From positions 1,682,919 to 1,714,918 of the forward strand of contig NZ_CP026606.1 of the NCBI RefSeq assembly GCF_002945325.1: 32,000 bases of DNA, given 5' to 3'. Shown piece after piece: positions 1 to 9,534 of this stretch. Within the stretch, counting starts at the first letter, position 1; the number at the start of each line of letters is the position of its first letter. The DNA is from Methanococcus maripaludis (GTDB lineage: Archaea; AGJL01; Methanococci; Methanococcales; Methanococcaceae). The notes under the pieces were generated by a model. The model was not told the origin of the DNA. It was given only the letters and a program-made list of their open reading frames with translations, and searched no databases. Position numbers and translations under genes: made by a program.

Positions 1-2
1 AC

Positions 3-1451
3 GTTGATGTATGGATTGATGTCGCAAATGACGAAGGATCTGACGAAATAATTGAAGACTTAAGAATAAGCGTAGAATCAAACTATCCCTTTGAAGTAAA
101 GCAAGTAAACCCGACAAAAGGCGTTTACGAGATTTCTCAATTAAATGAAGGGGAAAGTGATACAGCATACTTTAAATTACATATAAACGACGATGCATCA
201 TCAAGAGACTACAGGCTCGATGTAACGGTTTCATACGATATTGTGGAATACGATGGTGACGACAGACAAGTTATCTCAAAATCATACACAAAAATCTACT
301 ATATCCCAGTATACGGCCTTGCAAACTTTGAAATTAACTCAGATGGAGTTACTTTAACTCCTGCAAAAACTGAAAACGTTCAAATTAAGGTAACAAACAA
401 AGGAACTGGAACTGCAAAAGAAGCAACTTTGACAATTGGTTCAAACGATTTAATAAACCCAATTGATACAACCAAGTTCTATCTGGGAAGTTTAAGCCCC
501 GACATTACAAAATTACTCTCCCTTAATTTACATGCAAGCGGAGATGCAACTGAAGGATCATACCTAATTCCTGCAACATTATCATGGATTGATTCAGATG
601 GAACCGAAAACTCTGAAGTAATAAACATAGGCTTCATTGTCGAAGGAGACATCAATTTAGGAATTTCAAATGTAATAACTGATCCTACTGAGATAAAAGC
701 TCAGGAAACTTACGTAAAAATTGACGTTGATTTAACAAACAACGGACACGGCGAAGCTAAAAACATTGAAATTGATTTACTCTCAGAATATCCATTTAAA
801 GACTCATGGAGTAATTCAAACTTCAAAAACATCGGAACACTAACTTCAGGAGATACAAAAACTGCAACATTCTATATCGATGTAGATAAGGATGCAGAGG
901 CAAAACACTACTCAGTTCCATTAAATATCACGTATATGGACATATTCGATGAAGAACACTCTGAAATGGAGTATATTGATTTATATATCAAACCAAAACC
1001 AGTACTTGAAATCCTCCCAGAAACCTACACTTTAAAAGCAGGAGACGAAAACACAATTACTTTGACTCTCCAAAACACAGGCTCAGAAAAAGCTCAAAGT
1101 GTAAAAATAACGGCAATTAAAAACACAGCTCAACCATTTGAGTACACTCAAAAAACTGATTCAATCGGAACACTCGACACCAACGAAACGGGTGAAGGAC
1201 AGTTAATAATCGATGTGGATTCAGATGCAGCAAATAAAGAGTATTTAATTACTGTAGAAGTTAGGAGCGTTGGAGACTCTGAAGAAGGAGACGACAATGT
1301 ATACATTTCACAAAAAACTATTAGGGTAAACGTTGAAGGCGGAAGCAACTCAACACTAGTTTATCTAGTAGTATTGCTGCTTGTCGGTGGTTTAGGATAC
1401 TATATGTACCTTAAACGGAAAAAAGGTAAAGCAACAGAAGAAACTGAATAA
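3..1451 (+). CDS. Cell-surface protein, 5'-truncated by the window edge; tandem beta-sandwich (CARDB/COG1361 'S-layer-like') repeats and a C-terminal TM anchor
   Basis: Frame 3 is open from nt 3, so the track's GTG at 243 is internal. Repeated ~100-aa modules of the type '..V.V.N.G.G.AK...'. The C-terminus LVYLVVLLLVGGLGYYMYLKRKKGK is a TM helix with a basic tail. Confidence 0.6.
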   Translation, partial: VDVWIDVANDEGSDEIIEDLRISVESNYPFEVKQVNPTKGVYEISQLNEGESDTAYFKLHINDDASSRDYRLDVTVSYDIVEYDGDDRQVISKSYTKIYYIPVYGLANFEINSDGVTLTPAKTENVQIKVTNKGTGTAKEATLTIGSNDLINPIDTTKFYLGSLSPDITKLLSLNLHASGDATEGSYLIPATLSWIDSDGTENSEVINIGFIVEGDINLGISNVITDPTEIKAQETYVKIDVDLTNNGHGEAKNIEIDLLSEYPFKDSWSNSNFKNIGTLTSGDTKTATFYIDVDKDAEAKHYSVPLNITYMDIFDEEHSEMEYIDLYIKPKPVLEILPETYTLKAGDENTITLTLQNTGSEKAQSVKITAIKNTAQPFEYTQKTDSIGTLDTNETGEGQLIIDVDSDAANKEYLITVEVRSVGDSEEGDDNVYISQKTIRVNVEGGSNSTLVYLVVLLLVGGLGYYMYLKRKKGKATEETE

Positions 1452-1490
1452 TCTTTTTTAAATTTTTTAATTTTCTATTTTTTAATTTTA
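1452..1490 (+). terminator. Oligo-T tracts after the surface-protein gene (archaeal-type terminator)
   Basis: T6 runs at 1454-1459 and 1463-1468, with further T-runs directly after the TAA stop. Confidence 0.5.
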
Positions 1491-1548
1491 AATGTTTTAC
1501 CAATTAGGTTTATTTAATTGTAAACCAAATGTCTATTGATGAGTAATT

Positions 1549-2577
1549 TTGAAATTCAGGGGATTGGTAATCTTGAACAGTAAAGAATATGATATTTTAT
1601 CGCGATTATTTATGGTATTTTCATTTTTTGCACTCATTTACATGTTATGGCCGTTTATGGGGATTATTGCGCTTGCAGTTGCAGTTGCATACATGACAAA
1701 ACCCCTTTATGATATTTTAAAACCAAAATTTGGAAGAACTTATGGTGCAATAATCTGCCTTCTTGGAATTGTAATTCCATCTTTACTTTTGGTTGTACTG
1801 GTTGCAGAAGATGTTGTAACGTTTTTACTTTCACTTGATATTGAAAATATCATTACAAAAGTTACTCCAATTTTAAATGATATTGGATATTTGAGGGTAG
1901 ATGGTCCAGACGTTTCAAAACCGTTTTCTGATATCTGGAGTGTTTCAAAACCGTTACTCAATAGTTTTGCATCGCAAATTTCTTCAATCCCGTCATTACT
2001 GATGAAACTACTGTTCCTGTCGTTCATGACATTTTACTTTTTGAAAGATGGGGATAAACTGACGGATAGTTTTTTGATTTACGTTCCCGATGATAAAAAA
2101 AGGAATACTGCACTTTTTCTAAGTGAGATACACAAGGCTTTAAAGACGTTATTTATTGGAAACGCTGTTACCTCGGTAATTGTTGGAATTATTTCGATAA
2201 TAGGCTATTGGCTTATTGGAATTCCAAACCCGATTACACTTGGTGCACTTTCAGGAATACTAAATATTTTGCCGGTGGTTGGTGGCTGGACAATATACGT
2301 TCCACTTACTGTATATTACTTGTTAACTGGAGAAATTGCTAAGGGAATACTTTTAGGATTATTTGGAATTGTATTTTTATCTTTAGCACCGGATTTTGCA
2401 ATAAGGCCCCGTGTAATTTCAAAAGACGGAGATTTGCACCCTGCACTTGTTTTAATCGCATTTTTAATTGGACCGTTGGTTTTTGGAATACCGGGGCTTG
2501 CAATCGGGCCGATAATTGTTTCAACGGTGTATGCAATCCATAAAGTTAGAAGATTAATCGAAAAAAAGAATAATTAA
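1549..2577 (+). CDS. AI-2E family transporter (PerM/UPF0118-like permease)
   Basis: Polytopic membrane protein with family-typical stretches (LSGILNILPVVGGW, FGIPGLAIGPII). The start is ambiguous: in-frame TTG at 1549, 1564 or 1573, with AGGGGA at 1558-1563 favouring 1573. Confidence 0.75.
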   Translation: MKFRGLVILNSKEYDILSRLFMVFSFFALIYMLWPFMGIIALAVAVAYMTKPLYDILKPKFGRTYGAIICLLGIVIPSLLLVVLVAEDVVTFLLSLDIENIITKVTPILNDIGYLRVDGPDVSKPFSDIWSVSKPLLNSFASQISSIPSLLMKLLFLSFMTFYFLKDGDKLTDSFLIYVPDDKKRNTALFLSEIHKALKTLFIGNAVTSVIVGIISIIGYWLIGIPNPITLGALSGILNILPVVGGWTIYVPLTVYYLLTGEIAKGILLGLFGIVFLSLAPDFAIRPRVISKDGDLHPALVLIAFLIGPLVFGIPGLAIGPIIVSTVYAIHKVRRLIEKKNN

Positions 2578-2582
2578 TATTT

Positions 2583-3401
2583 TTAATATTTATTTTTTGT
2601 AAATACAAATATTACAAATAATGCTGCTAAAAGGAAGCCTAAATAAACTAAAATACCTTCAAAACCAATGTTTTTTGAAATTTCGGAAACTTCAGAAATA
2701 TTTTTTGAAGTATTTTTTGAAATGGATATATTTTCAGAAACATTTTCAAAAATTTCTATTTTTTCAGATTCTTCAAAATTTTTAAAAAGATCGTAGTTTT
2801 CGCCTGCATATACTGTGACTTTTTCTGAATAGTTTCCAAAAATTTCAGAAGAAAGCCTTAGAAAGTGGTTTCCTTCTTTAATTGATACGTTTAAGGGCGT
2901 GTTTCCCACATAATTTCCATCCACATATATTGGCATATTTTTAGGGTTTGAGTTTATAGAATAAATTCCGCGACCTTCACTTATTTTGTAGTTAAATTTT
3001 TTTTGAATGGTTTTTGGACCTACGTATACCTCATTTTCTGAATCATAATCGTAATACTGAATAAAAATTTTTCCGGATTTTTCACCGAGTTCTGCATTTT
3101 TTGAAGCATTTATTTTAAAAGATACTTTAATCACTGTTCCATCGTTAATAACTGGAATTTCGATATTTTTTGGAGTTATTTTTACGTTATCTTCGTAAAT
3201 TTCAGGAACTGCCGTTATATTATATGCACTGGATACTCCACCAACTTCCTCAATTTCAAGATAAATTCTTTCAGTGCTTCCCCTTTCGATTTCAGGAGTT
3301 GAAGCGCTTGCATCAAGGTATGGCACTGCTGAAACTGAAACAATATTTAAAATAATACATATTAAAAGGATAAATAAAGATTTTTTAAACATGATTATCA
3401 C
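2583..3401 (-). CDS. Secreted PEGA-domain protein with a C-terminal TM anchor
   Basis: N-terminal signal-like helix. PEGA-like segment SNPKNMPIYVDGNYVGNTPLNVSIKEGNHFLRLS. Sequon-rich stalk followed by the TM helix ILVYLGFLLAALFVIFVF. Confidence 0.65.
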   Translation of the reverse strand: MIIMFKKSLFILLICIILNIVSVSAVPYLDASASTPEIERGSTERIYLEIEEVGGVSSAYNITAVPEIYEDNVKITPKNIEIPVINDGTVIKVSFKINASKNAELGEKSGKIFIQYYDYDSENEVYVGPKTIQKKFNYKISEGRGIYSINSNPKNMPIYVDGNYVGNTPLNVSIKEGNHFLRLSSEIFGNYSEKVTVYAGENYDLFKNFEESEKIEIFENVSENISISKNTSKNISEVSEISKNIGFEGILVYLGFLLAALFVIFVFTKNKY

Positions 3402-3459
3402 GTTTAGATATATGTTTTAAAAGTTTAAAAAAAGTAAGGGTATGGTTTAAATCAACAGT

Positions 3460-4938
3460 TTAAATCAGCAAATTGATTCCATCCATCATGGCTTCAACAG
3501 ACGCCATTACAACGTCTCCGTGTGCTTTTTTGACTTCTACAACTTCGTTTCCTTTTCTCAAGTGAACTACTACTTCAATTAAAGCATCAGTTCCTCCAGT
3601 CATTGCACGAACACTGTAATCTTCAAGTTCAATATCTGCAACTCCGGTGAGTGCTTTTTTAACTGCATTAATTGCCGCATCAACTGGACCAAGACCGTAT
3701 GCTGCTTCACGGACATTGTCTTTGATATTGCAGTCGTTTGCAAATTTTAAGTTTATTGATGCAAGAGGCGATACTTTGTTTCCTGATACAACCGTAATTT
3801 CATCGAGAATTACTTTTCTTTCAAGTTCAACTCCTCGAACCTGATTTATGATGGTTTTTAAATCTACATCGCTAATGTATTTTCCAAGATCCCCAAAAGC
3901 CTTAATTTTTGAATATGTTTCTTCAAATTCTTCATGACTCAATCCAATGTTCATTATTTCAAGTTTATATTTTAAAGCAGCTTTTCCGCTGTGTTTTCCA
4001 AGTATAATTTTTCTCCTGTTTCCAACTGTTTCAGGATGAATTGGCTCATAAGTTTCCGTACTTTTCATAAGGCCGTCAACGTGAATTCCTGCTTCATGGG
4101 CAAAGGCGTTGTCACCAACAAGCGCCTTATTTGCGGGAACTGGAATTTTCATATATTTTGAAACAATTCTTGAAATTTTATGGAGTTTTTCAGTATCAAT
4201 TCCAGTTTCTATATCGTACAGTGATTTTAAACTCATAACTACTTCTTCAAGTGACGCATTTCCTGCCCTTTCGCCGATACCATTAATTGTAACGTGGCAC
4301 TGGTCTGCACCCGCACTTATTGCAGAAATTGTATTTGCGGTAGCCATTCCAAAATCGTTGTGACAGTGGATTGAAACTGGAATTTTTATTGTATTTTTCA
4401 TTGTTTTTATAAGATCTATTGCTTTTAAGGGCGTTAAAATACCGACAGTATCACAAACACAGATTCTATCAGCTTTTAGTTCTTCTCCTTTTAAGAATAG
4501 TTCTTTTAAAAATTCAACGTCGCTTCTTGTTGCATCTTCTGCTGAAAGTTCGACGATTAAACCATGATCTTTAGCATACTCTACAGCGTGCATTGCATCT
4601 TTTAAATTTTCTTCACGACTTTTCCTTAATTTGTAGGTCATGTGGATGTCTGAAGTTGGAACGACTAAATGGACGCTGTCAACATCACAGGAAAGTGCAG
4701 CATCAATATCTACTGGAAGGGCCCTTACAAATGAAGATATTTCAGCATTTAAATTCTGCCCTGTAACCAGTTTCATGGCTTCTCGTTCCCCTTTTGAGGT
4801 TATTGCACTTCCTGCCTCGATAATATTTACACCAAGTTCATCAAGTTTTATTGCCAGTTCGAGTTTTTCACTTGGAGATAGTGAGACCCCCGGAGTTTGT
4901 TCTCCATCCCTCAATGTAGTATCGAATATGTTAACCAT
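3460..4938 (-). CDS. cimA: (R)-citramalate synthase (2-isopropylmalate synthase family with a LeuA-type C-terminal regulatory domain)
   Basis: Close to my recollection of M. jannaschii CimA (MJ1392) along the full length (IFDTTLRDGEQTPGVSL, HCHNDFGMATANT, C-terminal GGTDALIEVVV). The start is moved to ATG 4938 (MVNIFD) because GAGG lies 5-8 nt upstream. Confidence 0.8.
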   Translation of the reverse strand: MVNIFDTTLRDGEQTPGVSLSPSEKLELAIKLDELGVNIIEAGSAITSKGEREAMKLVTGQNLNAEISSFVRALPVDIDAALSCDVDSVHLVVPTSDIHMTYKLRKSREENLKDAMHAVEYAKDHGLIVELSAEDATRSDVEFLKELFLKGEELKADRICVCDTVGILTPLKAIDLIKTMKNTIKIPVSIHCHNDFGMATANTISAISAGADQCHVTINGIGERAGNASLEEVVMSLKSLYDIETGIDTEKLHKISRIVSKYMKIPVPANKALVGDNAFAHEAGIHVDGLMKSTETYEPIHPETVGNRRKIILGKHSGKAALKYKLEIMNIGLSHEEFEETYSKIKAFGDLGKYISDVDLKTIINQVRGVELERKVILDEITVVSGNKVSPLASINLKFANDCNIKDNVREAAYGLGPVDAAINAVKKALTGVADIELEDYSVRAMTGGTDALIEVVVHLRKGNEVVEVKKAHGDVVMASVEAMMDGINLLI

Positions 4939-5033
4939 TTTATCCTCTCGCACCATTAGTTTTAGTATTTAGCCAATTGAATGATAAGTTTAAATAATAT
5001 TTCACTGATTAATTGATAAACCATAATATTTGA

Positions 5034-6494
<1,461 letters not shown>

Positions 6495-6532
6495 AAACTC
6501 TTAATTTTTCTAAAAAATAAATAAAAAAAGAA

Positions 6533-7789
6533 TTACTCCTCATTTTCGGGAGTTTCAATAGTTTCTGAAAATTCTTCAGCCATTATTTCTTTTTTACCAA
6601 CATTTAATGATTTGGACTGTCTTTTTTCTTTATCAATGTTCATCTGTTTTTTTACAGAATCAAGCGCATCTTTTAATACTTCAATAAAGTCCCATCTCTG
6701 TTTTTCGGCAACTAATTCCATTTCTTCGCCGTCCCAGTCTATTCTTTTGGTTGATGAAAGTTTTGGTTTTCCTTCTGCAACGTAAAGTTTTCTTGGAGTT
6801 TTTACGTACGTTTTTACACTGTAGTTTGGCACTCCACCTTTATCCCTTTCTTTTTTAACAGCTAATTTAATCCAGTGGATTTTTTTCGAATAAATGGCAA
6901 TTTTCTTAATTTCATTAAATAATATCCTTTCTGCAAGTTCTCTCTGGTCTTCGTCAAAATCACCTTGAATTTCAACTTCAACCATTGATTCAGCTCTTAA
7001 ATCCCTTAAGTATTTTAAAATATCAAGTCTTGTAACGATACCTCTTAATGTATCGTTTTTAAATATTGGAATTCCTCTAATATCTTGTTGTTCGAGTATT
7101 TCTGCTACTTCCGCAACTGAATCGCCTATATTTGCAGTAATAAGTGGTTTATTTATTATCATTGATACGGGCTGGGCCATTCTAGGCACTTTATTGCCAG
7201 TAAGTTCTCCAACTGTCATTTTGGTTTTTGGTTTGAAGACTTTTTTAACGATATCGTCTTCTGTAACCATTCCAATAGGCTTTCCATCCATATCGAGTAC
7301 AATTAGTCTTCCGATGTTATATTTCATCATTAAACTTCTTGCCTTACCGATACTTTCATCGATATCAATTGTGACGGGGCTTTTCGTCATTATTTTATCG
7401 ATTTTAACGTCTTTCAAAAGCTCTGACTCTGCTGCGCACTTCATGACATCGTAATCAGTAATAATTCCAATTAGTTTGTCATTTTCGTCGATAACTGGAG
7501 CTACTCTCTGACCGCTGTTAATCATTTCAAAAGCGGCATCAATCACCTGCGTATTCATTTTTACACAAAATGGTCTAAACATCAGATCTTCAACCTGTTG
7601 ATGCACAGAGTTTCCAAGTAGCAAATCATGCATTGTTACTAGATATATGTCATCATCTTTCTCAACTATCAAATTATGGAATTTTTTGTTTTCCATAGTT
7701 CCGACAGCTTTTGATATTGGCGTATCAGGACTTACTGTAACAACGTCTTTTGTGGCTATGTCAATTACTTGCTCTTTCAAGACTTTCAC
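6533..7789 (-). CDS. Protein with four CBS domains and a C-terminal ~120-aa domain resembling the HPF/RaiA (S30AE) fold
   Basis: Four CBS repeats lie within aa 1-262. The C-terminal secondary-structure pattern is described in the findings. The start is GTG 7789 or TTG 7780, with GGGGTG just upstream. Confidence 0.8.
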   Translation of the reverse strand: MKVLKEQVIDIATKDVVTVSPDTPISKAVGTMENKKFHNLIVEKDDDIYLVTMHDLLLGNSVHQQVEDLMFRPFCVKMNTQVIDAAFEMINSGQRVAPVIDENDKLIGIITDYDVMKCAAESELLKDVKIDKIMTKSPVTIDIDESIGKARSLMMKYNIGRLIVLDMDGKPIGMVTEDDIVKKVFKPKTKMTVGELTGNKVPRMAQPVSMIINKPLITANIGDSVAEVAEILEQQDIRGIPIFKNDTLRGIVTRLDILKYLRDLRAESMVEVEIQGDFDEDQRELAERILFNEIKKIAIYSKKIHWIKLAVKKERDKGGVPNYSVKTYVKTPRKLYVAEGKPKLSSTKRIDWDGEEMELVAEKQRWDFIEVLKDALDSVKKQMNIDKEKRQSKSLNVGKKEIMAEEFSETIETPENEE

Positions 7790-7814
7790 CCCTTTTCGAG
7801 TCCATGGTATATTT

Positions 7815-7855
7815 TATGATTTTGAGATTTTATATGGTTTCCGATATGATTTTGA
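7815..7855 (-). promoter_or_regulatory. Promoter of the CBS gene: TATA box (minus strand ATATAAAA, 7828-7835) flanked by a perfect 11-bp direct repeat
   Basis: TATGATTTTGA occurs at 7815-7825 and again at 7845-7855, exactly 30 bp apart and bracketing the TATA element ~40-50 nt upstream of the start codon. Confidence 0.45.
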
Positions 7856-7985
7856 AAAAGCAGTGATAATTCTCCGTTTTGGCGGGTTAAGAAGAGTATA
7901 TTGATATTCATGGAATTAAATATTTAAGTTAAAATTTGTATGTTAATCATAAATTCCGTTGTTTTAACAAAAGAACCATTAATAA

Positions 7986-8285
7986 TTAATATCTTTCAAG
8001 TTCATTTGCAATAACATTTAAAATTTCGTTTGTAAGCATGTTGACTTTTTCAGTTCTTTCTGAAACTTCGATCACTTTTTTCCTTAATCTTTCAGCATCA
8101 CACTGTTCGATGTCTCTTGCTTTTAGTGTTTTTCTTTTGTCTTTTGCAGCATTTTCTTCAGCGATTTTTGTAGTGGTTACAACCATTTCCTGTAAAATTT
8201 CAACTAATGCTACGACAGATTCAGCTGATACATTCATATCAGTATTTTCTTTCATAATTCTTTTAACGGTTCCTTTTGGTATCAT
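7986..8285 (-). CDS. Archaeal histone-fold protein with a ~38-aa C-terminal helical extension
   Basis: The histone fold IPKGTVKRIMKE..VSAESVVALVEILQEMVVTTTKIAEENAAKDKRKTLKARDIEQ aligns to the HMf-type pattern. ATG 8285 is preceded by AGAGGT. The TATA box (revcomp of 8341-8348) sits too close to ATG 8324 for that codon to be transcribed as a start. Confidence 0.75.
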   Translation of the reverse strand: MIPKGTVKRIMKENTDMNVSAESVVALVEILQEMVVTTTKIAEENAAKDKRKTLKARDIEQCDAERLRKKVIEVSERTEKVNMLTNEILNVIANELERY

Positions 8286-8402
8286 AATAAGACCTCTTAT
8301 TTTATCTTTAGAATCATATGGCATTTAAATTATTTAAACCTTATATAAAACAGTAAATCAAAAATGGGAAAATAACACAAAAGAATATTTAAAAAAAATA
8401 AA

Positions 8403-9470
8403 TTAAATTAATTTTTCATCGCCAAGCGGTACAATATTTTTCTGTTCGTATTCCATGTACTCAATCCACTCTTTTTTACAGTCGCATTCGATATCAAGTT
8501 TTTCAATTTTTTGAGTAACTGTAAAATCATTGAATATATCTTTTATTTTATCGTTGCAGGTGCAGTCAATATTGTTATGTGCTCCCCTTTTTGAAGAAAC
8601 TCCTGCAGTATCACACATTACGAGAGCATCAGGGTTTTTAGACTTTACTTCTTTTAAAATTTCTAAAATACTCCATAAAAATGGTGGTCTGTACTGATTT
8701 TTTTTCCAGAGAGTTTCAATTAAAGTTCCTTTGTGAATTGATGCAGGACAGAAAGAAATTCTGCTGCAGCCCATTTCGATGCATTTGTTTGCAGTGTCTA
8801 TTGCATCAATAATTGCCTCTTTTTCGGAAATAAATGGGGGTTTTATCAAAATATATGCTTTTATTCCTACATCGTATTCTTTTGCGACGGAAAACGCATT
8901 TTCAATTGTTTTTGTAGGAACACCTTTGTGAATTGCAACATTTCTTATTTTTTCATTTAAACTTTCGATTCCAACACCGATTTCAATGTTGCATGAAAGA
9001 ATATTTTTTATCGATTCCATGTTTTCAGGAGTTACAAATTCAGCTCTTGATTCAATTGCAACTTCCTTTGCACCCATTTCTTCGATTCTTTTAAAGATAT
9101 ATTCTCTCGTTTCAAGAGGGATTTCAAAAGTATCCAAAAAACTACCTGACGTAAATAGTTTTATTGACATATTTTTATTGAGCTGATCTTTATATTTTTC
9201 AACTGCAGAATCGAACTGGTTTTTCAAGTTTTCAGAAGTAATTTCGGCAGGGGATGCGTCCATTAGGTAGCTGCACATCGTGCACCCTCCGCTATCGTAT
9301 GCCCATTTACAGCCCTTTGTTCTTAAAATTATTGTAAAGCTTTGTCCAAACGTTTTATCGCGAAAAACATCGTCTTGAATCCAAACTGCAATCGGATAAT
9401 CAGGATTTCTTTCTTTTCGTTTTTTAAGATGTTTTTCACGGATATTTTTTAAATAATCAGCCATAGACAT
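8403..9470 (-). CDS. Radical SAM protein, probably the archaeal TIGR01210/RaSEA-like family (archaeosine biosynthesis)
   Basis: Cys triad GC54KWAYDSGGC63TMC66SY plus a TIM-barrel-like core. GAGGAG RBS before ATG 9470. The family assignment is from memory. Confidence 0.55.
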   Translation of the reverse strand: MSMADYLKNIREKHLKKRKERNPDYPIAVWIQDDVFRDKTFGQSFTIILRTKGCKWAYDSGGCTMCSYLMDASPAEITSENLKNQFDSAVEKYKDQLNKNMSIKLFTSGSFLDTFEIPLETREYIFKRIEEMGAKEVAIESRAEFVTPENMESIKNILSCNIEIGVGIESLNEKIRNVAIHKGVPTKTIENAFSVAKEYDVGIKAYILIKPPFISEKEAIIDAIDTANKCIEMGCSRISFCPASIHKGTLIETLWKKNQYRPPFLWSILEILKEVKSKNPDALVMCDTAGVSSKRGAHNNIDCTCNDKIKDIFNDFTVTQKIEKLDIECDCKKEWIEYMEYEQKNIVPLGDEKLI

Positions 9471-9534
9471 AATATCTCCTCAAAATAAGAAAATAATTTA
9501 ATAAAAAATTTAAAATAAAATAATCGGGGTTTAA

